A stretch of DNA of 64,000 nucleotides from Squalus acanthias (Eukaryota). The translations under genes and the position numbers were made by a program. This document shows, in pieces, positions 23,616 through 36,387 of the stretch. The notes beneath the pieces were generated by a model that was not told the DNA's origin, did not search any database, and saw only the letters and a list, made by a program, of their open reading frames with translations. The first letter of the stretch is position 1. Each line of letters opens with the position of its first letter. The stretch lies in assembly GCA_030390025.1 (NCBI GenBank), contig CM059431.1, positions 102,984,001-103,048,000 of the forward strand, written 5' to 3'.

Positions 23616-24355
23616 GGCTCAAAAATTAGTCCCGCGACGCGAGAGTACGCACTGCATACTCTCGCGTATTCTGTCACCAATTGCCGGTTTTCTGCATGCA
23701 CTGGGCATGCGCTGAAAACCGGCACTTGGTTTTTGGAAAAGGGGGCGGTTCCTCGGTGCACCGCGTGCGCGCTACAGGCTGCGCGCATGCTGTGCACTTA
23801 GTGCTTTGGACGCGCAGGTAAGGACGGAAGATTTTAGAAATGAAAAAAGGAGGAGTAAGACCCACTTTTAACAAGGTAAGTAGTGAATTAAGTATTATTT
23901 TGAATTTTTTTTAACAGGTATATCTTTTTTAGAGACTTTAAAGACAGGTAAGTTTATTTTTATAACTTTTTAAAAGATTTTAAATTTTTTCAAAAATTTA
24001 ATTTATTTAAAATGGTTAATTTATTTAACTATACTTATTTTATTAATGTGATGGTTTTTTAAAAAATTTAATTGAGGTTTAGCTGTTATTTTGGGTGTGT
24101 GTAAGATTCATAGCTTTCACAGCACTTATGTGAAACTTATGAATGGAAGATGGTGTGCTGCCATTGGCTCTAACTGAGTCACGTGATCCCACAGCTCGCA
24201 CGAATTCACTACGCCGGTGGGATACGCAAGCACTGCCCAGCTGATGTCTAGAACATCAAGTTCGTGCGAGCTGGATCTGAAAAAGCCAACGCGGAGTGAG
24301 AGATCGCGGGGAAGCCTTACCCCCGCGTCAACACTCAGTCTTTAATTTCTGGGCC
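23616..24355. mobile_element. Harbinger-type MITE
   Basis: TSD AAT both sides; TIR ggctcaaaaatta / taatttctgggcc; AT-rich core. Confidence 0.78.
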
Positions 24356-24364
24356 AATGAATTA

Positions 24365-26205
24365 CATAGAAACGTAGAAACATAGAAGATAGGAGCAGGA
24401 GTAGGCCATTCGGTCCCTTGAGCCTGCTCCGCCATTCGATGAGATCATGGCTGATCATCCAAACTCAGTACCCTGTACCTGCCTTCTCCCCATATCCCTT
24501 GATACCTTTAGCTTTAAGAAATATATCTAACTCATTCTTGAATATATTTAATGATTTGGCCTCAACTACCTTCTGTGGTAGAGAATTCCACAGGTTCACC
24601 ACTCTCTGGATGAAGAAATTCTTCCTCATTTCTGTCCTAAATGGCTTACTCCTTATCCTTAGATTATGACCCCTGGTTCTGGACTCTCCGACCATCGGGA
24701 ACATTCTTCCTGCATCTAGTTTGTCCAGACCTGTCAGAATTTTATATGTTTCGATGAGATCCCCTCTCATTCTTCTATACTCCAGCGAGTATAAGCCTAA
24801 TCGACCCAATCTCTCCTCATATGTCATTCCTGCCATCCCAGGTATCAGCCTTGTGAATCTTCGCTGAACTCCTTCCATGGCAAGAACATCCTTCCTCAGA
24901 TAAGGCGACCAAAACTGCACACAGTACTCAAGGTGTGGTCTCACCAAGGCCCTGTACAACTGCAGCAGGACATCCCTGTTCTTATACTTAAACCCTTTCG
25001 CTATGAAGGCCAACATACCATTTGCCTTCTTCACCGCCTGCTGCACCTGCATGCTTACATTCAGCGACTGGTGCACAAGGACACCCAGGTCTCGTTGCAC
25101 TTCCCCTTCTCCCAATCTATTACCATTCAGATAATAGTCTGCCTTTCTGTTTTTGACACCAAAGTGGATAACCTCGCATTTATCCACGTTATATTGCATC
25201 TGCCACGCTTCTGCCCACTCACCCAACCTGTCCAAATCATCCTGGAGTTTCTCGGTATCCTCCTCGCAGCACACACGCCCACCCAGCTTTGTGTCATCTG
25301 CAAACTTGGAGATATTACATTTAGTTCCCTTATCTAGATCATTAATGTATATTGTGAATAGCTGGGGTCCAAGGACTGATCCCTGCGGTACCCCACTAGT
25401 CACTGCTTGCCACTCGGAAAAAGACCCATTAATTCCTATTCTCTGCTTTCTGTCCGCCAACCAGTTCTCTATCCAAGTCAATACCTTGCCCCCAGTCCCA
25501 TGTGCCTTAATTTTACACGCTAATCTCTTATGCGGGACCTTATCGAAAGCCTTTTGAAAGTCCAAATACACCACATCTACTGGTTCTCCCTTATCTATTT
25601 TCCCAGTTACATCCTCAAAAGATTCCAGTAGATTAGTCAAGCACGATTTACCTTTTGTAAATCCATGTTGACTTTGTCTGATCCTGTCACTGTTTTTCAA
25701 GTGCTCAGCTATTACATCCTTTATAATGGACTCTAGCATTTTCCCCACTACCGATGTCAGGCTTACCGGTCTGTAATTCCCCGCTTTCTCTCTACCACCC
25801 TTTTTGAATAGTGGGGTAACATTAGCTACCCTCCAATCCATGGGTAAAGTTCCAGATTCCATCGAATGTTGGAAGATGATCAGCAATGCATCTACTATTT
25901 CTAGGGCCACTTCCTTAAGTACCCTAGGATGTAGATTATCAGGCCCTGGGGATTTATCGGCCCTCAATCCCGTCAATTTCCCTAACACCATTTCCCTGCA
26001 AATACTGATTTCTTTCAGTTCCTCCCTTTCATCAGACCCTATGTTCTCCAACATCTCTGGGAGGTTATTTGTGTCCCCCTTTGTGAAGACAGAACCAAAA
26101 TATGCATTTAATTGGTCTGCCATTTCTTTGTTCCCCATTATAACTTCCCCCGCTTCTGACTGCAAGGGACCTACACTTGATTTCACTAATCTTTTTCTCT
26201 TCACA
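24365..26205 (-). mobile_element. 5'-truncated CR1 LINE, 1.84 kb
   Basis: catagaaa tail; continuous ORF2. Confidence 0.95.
24465..26205 (-). CDS. CR1 ORF2 reverse transcriptase, uninterrupted but lacking the endonuclease
   Basis: KSPGPD, NYRPVSLTSVVGK, YLDFQKAFDKVPH, GVPQGSVLGP, KFADDTKL, LVRPHLEYCVQFW. Confidence 0.93.
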
Positions 26206-26321
26206 TTCTTCTCCAGTGTTGCTTTAAAGAGGAATGTGATGAATATTTGGTTAAGAAATGTATTGGCAGTTATAGGGAGAATGATTTGCATCACATACCC
26301 TATGGAATACTTGGAAACGCT

Positions 26322-26645
26322 CCGAGACATCTGCGCTCCTCTAATTCTGGCCTCTTGAGCATCCCCGATTTCAATCTCTCCACCATTGGCGGCCGTGCCT
26401 TCAGCTGTCTGGGCCCTAAGCTCTGGAATTCCCTCCCTAAACCTCTCCACCTCTCCACCTCTCTCTCTCCTTCTTTAAGACACTCCTTAAAACCGACCTC
26501 TTTGGCCAAGCTTTTGGTCACCTGTCCCTAATATCTCCTTATGTGGCTCGGTGTCAAAGTTTGTTTGATATTCGCTCCTGTGAAGCACCTTTGGACATTT
26601 TACTACGTTAAAGGCGCTCTATAAATACAAGTTGCTGTTGTCGTT
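26322..26645 (+). mobile_element. L2 LINE 3' end
   Basis: TIGGRAFSCLGPKLWNSLP; aaaggcgctctataaatacaagttg tail. Confidence 0.85.
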
Positions 26646-27192
26646 GACTGCAGTCTTGCAGGGACTAAGTGGGAATGTCATCTGCGAACTGCAACTGTTC
26701 AGGGTTGAATAAGATGTATTACAATGTGAATTAGTAGCCTGAAGTTTTTTTGTTCGATTTGCTTTTTAAATTGGCTGGGATAGAGCTTGGCGAATACACG
26801 CACAACTTTAATCATGTTCTCTTTTCTTGAGATTTTACATCTTTTTGTTGCTCCTTTTCCCGAAGGTGGCTAAATAAGTCGGAGAGAGTTCAGGGAAGTG
26901 TAAATCTTGCACGGTACTTCAGAGGGAGTGGCTTACCCTTGCTTTTTGTGGCCGTTTCTCATTGTAAGCTTTCTTATGTTCATACATGTCTATCCCTATA
27001 GGCTTTCAACAGGAGGGGTCTGATGCCAGAGCGGAGGGATGGCGGCAGATATTTCCCCACAAACTATCAATACTGGATATTAGAGCTGTGTTGGCACCAT
27101 ATAATTTGCCCAGTTTATCAATGTATTTTACTATCTGCGCTTTCTTTCTTAATAGTTTTAGAATTTTCTTTTACTACTTTTTGAAAATCTCT

Positions 27193-27370
27193 ATTCATTC
27201 ATGGGATGTGGGCGTCGCTGGCAAAGCCCAGCATTTACTGACCATTCCCTAGTTGCCCTCGAGCAGGTGGTGGTGAGCTGCCTTCTTGAACCGCTGCAGT
27301 CCGTGTGGTGAAGGTGCTCCCACAGTGCTGTTAGGGAGGGAGTTCCAGGATTTTGACCCAACGACGATAA
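27193..27370 (-). mobile_element. LINE 3' end, family of 1-258
   Basis: Reverse complement match. Confidence 0.75.
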
Positions 27371-27820
27371 AGGATCGGTTGATATATTGCCACAGGATAT
27401 CTTTTCAGATCTTTGGCTCCTTTGATCTGAGGTCAGAAGAAGCTCTCTCTGTACCTGAGACTGCGCCAGCGGCAATCAGGAGGAAGCGTAAAAATCAATA
27501 ATAAATATGGTTAAAAAATTATGCAAGGATGGATTATGTTAAATATTACCACTTGAAATATTAAAGATTTTAATAATCCAGTAGAATTGCCAGAAATTCT
27601 AACTCAGTAGAAGGTGTTTGATTTTGCACTAGTCTAGGAGACTTGCATCAGATGTTAAAACTTCATAGAGATGACAAAAAATAACATGATTGTAAATTTT
27701 GTTCTTAAAATCGATCTTTTGTCTGAAAATCAAATAAATAAATGCCTTACTATTACAAGAAAGGTGTAGAAAGGGTCATCTTGAAAGTACCCTCACATGT
27801 GAGTCAGAAAGTTGTTGGTT

Positions 27821-28421
27821 CATAGAGTCATAACGGCACAGAAGGAGGCCATTCGGCCCATCGAGTCCGTGTCAGCTCTCTGCAGAGCAATCCAGTCAGT
27901 CCCATTCCCCCGCTCTATCCCCGTAGCCCTGCAAGTTTATTTCCCTCAAGTGCCTATCCAGTCTCCCCTTGAAAACGTTGAGTGACTCCGCTTCCACCAC
28001 TTCCATCGGCAGCGAGTTCCAGGTCCTCATAAATAGAGGTATTGAGTACAAAAGTAGAGAAGTTATGCTGATCCTTTATAAAGCGCTGGTTAGGCCACAA
28101 CTGGAGTATTGCGTCCAGTTCTGGTCACCACACTTTAGGGAAGGATGTGAAGGCCCTTGAGAGGGTGCAGAGGAGATTTACCAGAATGGTTCCGGGGATG
28201 GGGAATCTTAGCTACAAGGACAGGTTGGAGAAGTTGGATTTGTTTTCATTAGCGCAAAGGAGGTTGAGGGGTGATTTGATAGAGGTGTACAAAATTATGA
28301 CGGGTTTGGATAGGCTAGACGGGGAAAGGCTGTTCCCACTAGTTGATGGTACAAGGACTAGGGGACACAGATTTAAGGTTTTGGGCAAGAGATACAGGGG
28401 GGACGTGAGGAAAAACTTTTT
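27821..28421. mobile_element. CR1 with 5' inversion (27821-28027 minus, 28027-28421 plus)
   Basis: Both halves match adjacent parts of 5826-6503 in opposite orientations. Confidence 0.85.
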
Positions 28422-28479
28422 ACAAGTTAAATTCACACTCCAGGTTCTGAGCATGTAATCTTGCCTCACACTTCAACAA

Positions 28480-28917
28480 CAGGAAAGACTGGATAGGCTG
28501 GGTTTGTTTTCCTTGGAACAGAGGAGGCTGAAGGGAGACCTTATTGAGGTGTATAAAATTATGGGGGGAACAGATAGAGTGGATAGAAAGGACCTATTTC
28601 CCTTAGCAGAGGGGTCAAAAACCAGGGGGCACAGATTTAAAGTAATTGGTGGAAGGTTTAGAGGGGAGTTGAGGGGAAATTTCTTCACCCAGAGTGTTGT
28701 GGGGGGTCTGGAACTCACTGCCTGAAAGTGTGGTAGAGGCAGAAACCCTCATCACATTTAAAAAGTACTTGGATGTGCACTTGGGATGCTGTAACCTGCA
28801 GGGCTATGGACCAAGAGCTGGGAAGTGGGATTAGGCTGGATAGCTCTTTGTTGGCCGGCACGGACACGACGGGCTGAAATGGCCTCCTTCCGTGCTGTAA
28901 CTTTCTATGATTCTATG
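28480..28917 (+). mobile_element. CR1 3' portion, same subfamily as 1457-2234
   Basis: Near-identical to 1800-2234. Confidence 0.9.
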
Positions 28918-28919
28918 AA

Positions 28920-29118
28920 CAGCAACAACTTTGGTTTATTGAAAACCTTTAACATAGTAAAACGCCCCAAGGCGCTTCACAGGAGTGTCATCAAATATAT
29001 TTTGACACTGAGACACATAAGGAGATATTAGGACAGGTGACCAAATGCTTGGTCAGAGAGGGAGATTTTAAGAAGCGTTTTAGAAGAGGAGAGAGAGGTG
29101 CAGAGGTTTAGGGAGAGA
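28920..29118 (-). mobile_element. L2 3' tail
   Basis: Reverse match to 29880-30065. Confidence 0.75.
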
Positions 29119-29402
29119 ATGGTGCTGCATTGTTGGAGGTGATGTCCTTTGAATGAGATGTTAAACTGAGGCCCCCTGCATCTGCTCAGTTGGATGTGAA
29201 GGTCCCATGGTACTGTCTGAAGAAGAGCAGGAGTTTTTTGTTAAATGTTCTAGCCAACACTCTTTCCTCAACCACCCTCACCAATCGTTCATGTTGTATG
29301 CACAGTGACTGCACTTCAGAGTTATCACTTTGGGACCTCCTGAGAATATGGTGCAATATAAATGCAAGTTTTTTTTTCTCTAACAGTGCGAGTTGAATAG
29401 TT

Positions 29403-30065
29403 TAACCAAGACCGCCTACTTCCACCTCCGTAACATCGCCCGTCTCTGCCCCTGCCTCAGCTCATCTGCTGCTGAAACCCTCACTCATGCCTTTGTTACC
29501 TCTAGACTTGACTATTCCAACGCACTCCTGGCCAACCTCCCAACTTGCACCCTCCATAAACTGGAGCTCATCCAAAACTCTGCTGCCCGTATCCTAACTA
29601 GCACCAAATCCCGATCACCTATCACCCCCCTGTGCCCGCTGACCAACATTGGCTCCCGGTCCGGCAACGCTTCAATTTTAAAATTATCATCCTTGTTTTC
29701 AAATCCCTCCATGGCCTCACCCCTCCCTACCTCTGTAACCTCCTCCAGTCCTGCAACCCTCCGAGATCTCTGCGCTGCTCCAGTTCTGGCCTCTTGAGCA
29801 TCCCCGATTTTAATCGCTTCACCATTGGCGGCCGTGCCTTCAGCTGCCTGGGCCCTAAGCTCTGGAATTCCTTCTCTAAACCTCTCTGCCTCTCTCTCCT
29901 CCTTTAAGATGCTCCTTAAAACCTACCTCTTTGACCCAGCTTTTGGTCACCTGTCCTAATATCTCCTTAAGTGACTCGGTGTTAAATTTTGTCTGATAAT
30001 CGCTCCTGTGAAGCGCCTTGGGATGTTTCATGTTAAAGACGCTATATAAATGCAAGATGTTGGTG
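29403..30065 (+). mobile_element. L2 LINE 3' portion
   Basis: AYFHLRNIARL...HAFVTSRLDYSNALL...LELIQNSAARILT; HWLPV; WNS. Confidence 0.92.
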
Positions 30066-30082
30066 TTGAATATGGAGATGAT

Positions 30083-30939
30083 GGCTGCGATTTTCTCAGC
30101 AGTGTCGGGATGGGTGCGGGACGGCTGGTTTCCGGGTTCCGGTCCCGCCCCCAGCTGCCTCCGCTCCACAGACGTGATTTTTCCTTGATTGACTTTGTTA
30201 AGCCCGCCCTGCGGGCTTGCCGGCCAATTAACAGGAAGCGAGTCTGATGATGTCATTTGATGATGCATCATCTGCCGGTTTCCTTAAAGGGACCATGCAC
30301 AATTTTATTTTGACAGGTGATTTCTCAGTGTTTGACAGCATTGAGGTGCACAAAGGTGAACTCTTGCACCCAGGCTCTCCAATGACTCCCTCCATATGCT
30401 GGAATAGATGGCAGCTGCAGATGAGATGACAGAAGCGATCTGTCACTGGTGAGAGAGGTTCTCCCAATGAAGTGACACTGGACATACAGTTGGATTTAAA
30501 AACTTGTAAGCTAAAGAAATCTATATGTTTTAAAAATGCAGTAACCAACATTTTCTTTGCTCTGAAACTCACTATGTGCAACATGGCATCCTTCACACCA
30601 CTTCTGCAACTGTCATCTTTTCACAAACATTAGACCAGACTCACCAGACTCACAACATGCCACACTTACCTGGCGTGGTGTCCGGACGTCGGGAAACCCG
30701 ACCCAGAAGCGGGAAAATCCAAAACCAGGCTGACAACTACTGACAAGTACCTGTTAATAGGCAGGTAATTGACTTTAATCCGTTTCCCGCTGCTAGGCGT
30801 CGGGTCCATTCGCAAATTGGGGACCCGACACTTGGGAAAGCTGTTTGGAGGCGGGTTGACGGTGGGTTCGGGACCCGCCGTCAACCAATAGCACTTTAAC
30901 CTCTGACCCGCCTCTCTGAGCGCCGGCGAAATCGGGGCC
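30083..30939. mobile_element. Harbinger-type non-autonomous element related to 17688-19256
   Basis: TSD GAT both sides; TIR ggctgcgatttt / gaaatcggggcc; shares ccggtttccttaaagggaccatg and acagaagcgatctgtca. Confidence 0.8.
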
Positions 30940-31516
30940 GATGTACGTGTGCCCACTTTCTGGGATGCAGCTGAAGTTACCCGAAAAGTAAAATAATCTT
31001 ATTCTTCGTACAGGAAAGGAAGGATAGAGAAAGAGATTAAATCAATGGAATTAGAGATTTAAGAATTAAAGTAATCTCATACAATGTCAGGAGGTATTGC
31101 ACATCCTTAAAAAGAGATTTCAAGTAAATAATTTGCTGCTTTCTGGACTAAAATGATCTTATCAGAATACTGGCGAAGAATGCGTCCAGCAAGCTGGGTA
31201 ATCATCAGGACATCAATAAAGAGTGAGCTTAATGTTCCAGCAACTGAAAATCAGCGTGATATATTGGATACAGGATAGGGTTCAGTTATTCACTGAAAAA
31301 CAAACCAGGGGTACTGCTGCATTAGATAACCCAAGGGTCTGGAGACCAAAAGCAGCCATCAAAGTCCGATTCAGTCTACGGGGCATTTTCAGTAATCACC
31401 CCAGCGATCCCATTGCTGACGCTGCTTACACCGAGCGCGTACATCAACTTGATATGTATTAAATTAAATAGGTTATTTAAATCGAAAACAATATTGATTT
31501 TTTTTTGCAAACTCAC

Positions 31517-31624
31517 GGCCACAGGGATCAGCTGTCTGCGTCCTGACACATGCCAGTGGTGCTGTTGTACAGTAGCTACAGTAACATCAAGCACTGAAGC
31601 CTCTCGGTCTGTGACGAGCTGCAG
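31517..31624 (-). other. Candidate 108-nt internal exon, unidentified gene
   Basis: Long pyrimidine tract plus CAG, donor GTGAGT, one open frame LQLVTDREASVLDVTVATVQQHHWHVSGRRQLIPVA. Confidence 0.4.
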
Positions 31625-32299
31625 CTGCAGAAAGAGTGGAAGACAAAGGGAGGCTGAGAGGAAAAGTAAAAGATTGTGGTGAAAGAAAAAACAAACGCTC
31701 CAGAATTATAAAGGATTTGTACTAAAATTAGGTGAACATAGTTATTTACAATATCTGTTTTTCCTCTACGTTACAACAGCGACTACATTTCAAAAGTACT
31801 TCATTAGCTTTGAAGCACTTCGGAATGTCTTGAGGTCATGAAAGATGCCATATAAATTAAAGTTCGTTCTTTCTTTCTTTCTCTCTCTCTCTCAGGAGAT
31901 TATTAAACTCTTCTCTATGAGCGAAAAAGAAACCCATATAAAATTATATTTGCATGAAAAACAGAATGCCTCTTTTTTCTCTGCAATCAATGACCTTGCG
32001 GCTTTCAAATGCTTGATATCTGAGAAGTTGATTTTGTTAGCAGGTTATTAATTATGGAGAAAGACAGACATTCCCACTAAAGGCGGAATTATACCCCCTA
32101 GCTAAATAGAGAGATGTGAAGCCTAAGATATCTTGATAGACTTGCATGTAATGAATATTATCCCAGTCCTATCTTCACACAGCAGTACAATCCTTAGTTA
32201 AATATTGAAAAAAATACGTGATGTGATATTGCATCTTCCTGCTTTCTATGCACAGATCATAAATTATATTCTAGATATACAGATTGCATATCATTACAT

Positions 32300-32455
32300 A
32301 GATAAGAACAGAAGAAATAGGAGCAGGAGTCGGCCATTTGGCCCCTCGAGCCTGCTCCGCCATTCAATAAGATCGTGGCTGATCTTCTACCTCAACTCCA
32401 CTTTCCTGCACTATCCCCATATCCCTTGATTCCCTTAGTGTCCAAAAAGCTATTG
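32300..32455 (-). mobile_element. CR1 3' tail
   Basis: aataggagcaggagtcggccatttggcccctcgagcc. Confidence 0.8.
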
Positions 32456-33024
32456 AACTTGCATTTATATAGTCCCTTATTACATCTTTAGGAAGTCCCA
32501 AAGCATTTCAAAACCAATGCATTACTTTTGAAGTGCAGTTAGTGAGGTTATTACACACAAGGTCCCAACAAACAGCAATGAGATAATTGACCAGCTAATC
32601 TGATATTTTTTTGTGGGAGAAATGTTGGCCAGGATTCAAGGATGAAAGAAGAGCAGGGTATCTCGGAACTCCTTGCTCCCAATCTTGCCCTGCTTTTCTT
32701 CAAATAACGTCATAGGATCTTTTAAACCTAAGATGGGGAGTAATACCACCGACAATGATACAGGACTCGCTCAAGATAAAAATTCATCAATGTGAAAGAG
32801 TCTTCTATTTGTAGGATGAGTTAAAAGATAAAAGGGGGGGGACATCTTCATTTGAAGATTTATTTGGTCTTTTGCCTTTCGAAAAATGTTTCTTGCGACC
32901 CACGATTAAAATACTGGGCAAAGATGTCCTCTGTACACTGTGTGTCGCAAAATCATAAACCCATTCTTTAAGGATTTTCCCATACTCAGTGCCTATTGGG
33001 GAATTGGAGGCGAGGGGAAACTAT

Positions 33025-33871
33025 GGGCTGGATTTTCAATGACCCGTGGAGTCGGGTTTGGAGGCGGGGGGGGGGGGGTTAAAGTTGCAGATTCGGGGGT
33101 CCCGACCCCATCCCGCCTCCAACCCGCCTCCATGCCAGTTTCTCTGGCGGCGGGTACCCGACCTGGTCTGAGACCCGACTCCCCGAGGCGGGAAGGGATT
33201 AGTGACAATTAACTGCCTGTTAACAGGTAGTTAACAGGCAGTTTTTTGCATAATCCCTATTTTAAAAAGAAAAGTGTGGGCTTCCCGACAGGTGGCTACC
33301 ATGCCAAGTTATCGGGTCGGGCCATGGGTCTGCAGGGGTTGGAGGGGTCGATATGTCCGGTGGGCAGGTGAGTGATGGGTGCATGTGTGCAGAGGTAAGT
33401 GTGTAAGGTAAGTGCTAAGTGTTGGAAAAAGTTTTACTTACCTTAACTTCCTCCTGCAAGTGTCAGCCCTTCAGTTCTCGGGAGTCAGAAATCTCACCGG
33501 CACAGAAAGCAGGAAAGCCGTGGTTCTGTCAAATACTGCAGCCTTCTGTTTTCTGTGCTGGAATGATTTCTAACTCAGCCTGAGAGGAAGGACTGAAGTT
33601 AGAAATCATATTGTCAGTGTTTGACAGCTTCACAGAGCTGTCAAACGCTGATATTTCATCTGTCAAAAGCTCTTGACAGATGAAATGTCAGTCTGTGACG
33701 TCACCTGTTGCCGGGTGGCCCTTAATTGGCCTGCTGAGCCCACTGGGCGGGCTCAACAAGGTCAATCAAGGGAAAATACAGTGGGTTGGCCACATCTCGA
33801 TGGAGGCGGGTTCACAAGCCAGAATGTGTGATTCCCGACCCCAACCCGACCCCAGATTCAAAATCCAGCCC
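33025..33871. mobile_element. Harbinger-type MITE
   Basis: Perfect 12-bp TIR gggctggatttt / aaaatccagccc; TSD TAT both sides. Confidence 0.85.
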
Positions 33872-34024
33872 TATCAGTGCTGAAGTTAAGTCCAGAAAAA
33901 AACTATTGAAGAGAAACCCAGGCTCCTGAAACACTTCCATTCAACATACAAAATGTTGATTACATAGAATGTTTCAGATCTGAACCAGGCCATTCGGCCC
34001 AACCGATAGGGTCATGCCTTTGCT

Positions 34025-34831
34025 TTTAAAGTTTCGTAAAAAAAAAAAATCGTAATTTTTACTATAATGGATAAATTTGACACTCCACAAAATTAAAATT
34101 AGTTTTTTCAGGGCCATAATGTTTGTTCAGCAGTCAATACCAGTTACACCGAATCCAACAAGGTCTAACTTTTGACGGGGTGTTTAACAGCGATATTCGA
34201 GCGGATAAGCCCAAGTTTTCATCAGTTTCCCTGATTGCACTGATTGCCGGCTGTGGACGGAGGGGTGGGGGGGGGAGGGGGGGGGGATTCCACAGCGCAG
34301 CCAGTGTCGGAGCAGTGAATGACTGACCCGCAACTTCAGGGTTTCCACGTTAGGATGCGCAGGCGCTACATCCTGAAGTTGTGCTCAGTTTCAAGGAAAG
34401 AAAGAAAGACTTGCATTTCTACAGCGCTTTTCACAACCACCGGACGTCTCAAAGCACTTTACAGCCAATGAAGTACTTTTTTGGAGTGGAGTCACTGTTG
34501 TAATTTAGGAAACGTGGCAGCCAATTTGCGCACAGCAAGCTCCCACAAAAACAGCAATGTGATAATGACCGGGTAATCTGTTTAGTGATGTTGATTGAGG
34601 GATAAATATTGGCCCAGGACACCGGGGAGATCTCCCCCTGCTCTTCTTCGATATAGTGGTTTGGAATCTTTTACGTCCACCTGAGAGGGAAGATGGGGCC
34701 TTGGTTTAACGTTTCATCCGAAAGACGGCACCTCCGACAGTGCAGCACTCCCTCAGCGCTGCACGGAGCAAAGGGGTAATAACAGTGAGTGCTGTTCGTT
34801 CGCTGTTACTACCCACCGCATATTCTGGGCC
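34025..34831. mobile_element. MITE remnant (14224 family) containing a DeuSINE at 34396-34762 (-)
   Basis: Ends gcatattctgggcc|aat; internal similarity to 14600-14900. Confidence 0.6.
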
Positions 34832-34877
34832 AATGCACTGTGTAGATGAAATAAAAATAATTTAGCGCTTGGAACTA

Positions 34878-35965
34878 AAGAAAGAAAGAATTTGCATTTC
34901 TATAGCACCATCACAACCTCAGGACATCCCAAAACGCTTTACAGCCAATGTAAGTATCATTACAACTTTTGACTGTTGTAATCTAGGAAATGTGGCAGCC
35001 AAATGCGCACAGCAAGCTCCCACAAACATGTGATAATGACCAGATAATCTGTTTTAGTGATATTGGTTGAGGGATAAATTTTGGCCAGGACACCAGGGAG
35101 AACTGGCTGCCCGTGTCCTAACTCGCACCAAGTCCTGTTCGCCCATCACCCCTGTGTTCGCTGACTTTCATTGGCTCCCGGTTAAGCAACACCTCGATTT
35201 TAAAATTCTCATCCTTGTTTTCAAATCCCTCCATGGCCTCGCCCCTTCCTATCTCTGTAATCTCCTCCAGCCCTATAATCCCCCGAGATATCTGCGTTCC
35301 TCTAATTCTGCCCTCTTGAGCATCCCTGATTATAATCGCTCAACCATTGGTGGCCGTGCCTTCTGTTGCCTCGGCCCTAAGCTCTGGAATTCCCTGCCTA
35401 AACCTCTCCGCCTCGCTACCTCTCTCTCCTCCTTTAAGACGCTCCTTAAAACCTACCTCTTTGACACAGCTTTTGGTCATAAAATCATAGAATGGTTACA
35501 GCACGGAGGAAGGCCATTCGGCCTGTCGAGCCCGTGCCGGCTCTCTGCAAGAGCACCTCAGCTAGTCCCACTCCCCCGCCCTTTCCCTGTAGCCCTGCAA
35601 ATGTTTTTCTTTCAGGTACTTATCCAATTCCCTTTTGATATCTCCTTATGTGGCTCAGTGTCAAATTTCTTATCTTATAATACTTCTGTGAAGTGTCTTG
35701 GGACGTTTAACTATGTTAAAGGCACTATATAAATACAAGTTGTTGTTGTTGTTCTTCTTCTTCTTCAAAATAGTGCTATGGGATCTTTTACATCCACCTG
35801 AGAGGGGAGATAGAGCCTGGTTTAACCTCTCATCGAAAAGATGGCACCTCCGACACTCCCTCAGTACTGCACTGAGAATGTCCGCCTGGATGTTGTGTTC
35901 AAGTCGCTGGAGAGGGACATGAACCCATAACTCTTCGGTGAGAGTGCTTTCTACTGAGCCACGGC
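34878..35965. mobile_element. Nest: DeuSINE (-) split by L2 (+, 35104-35752), itself split by a CR1 tail (-, 35483-35638)
   Basis: Each host resumes after its insert; explains chimeric ORF 35067-35732. Confidence 0.8.
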
Positions 35966-36387
35966 TTTGGCTAGGACAAGAAGAAAAGCTAAGGTTCCCT
36001 TTTCACTATTGATTTTGGTTCTCCAGAACAAAATTCTGATCTCTGATGCAGGAATACATATGAATGCGAACAGACGAACAATGACAGACAGGTAAAGACA
36101 CTCTGGTCCATCCAGCCTGTTCCACACAATTGCGATACCTTGTGTATCACAACATATACACTCTCCACCCCACCCGAAACCATGGGATCTCCTGGGAGAG
36201 GCAAAAAAAACCCAGATAAAAATACCCAATGGCCAATCTGGGGGAAAGATAATCTGGGAAATTCCTCTCCGACCCATCTTGGCGATGGAAACTAGTCCAG
36301 GAGATCACTCTGGCCCTGAATTCCCTGCAGTACCTTCCTTCTGTAAGAGGTGATCTCCGCCTCAGCTCTCGCTTGAAGGAATTCAGC

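Noticed and set aside
24933..25557. Recurrent antisense ORFs over CR1 copies
   Set aside because: Shadow frames of ORF2 codon usage
26206..26450. N-terminal 80 aa of the 661-aa ORF as a novel RT fusion
   Set aside because: Chance read-through into flanking DNA and an antisense L2 tail; CR1 similarity starts near KRKRLVK
27001..27190. Exon after acceptor ccctatag
   Set aside because: No good donor and no recognisable peptide
35067..35732. 221-aa ORF
   Set aside because: Chimera of SINE, L2 and antisense CR1 pieces
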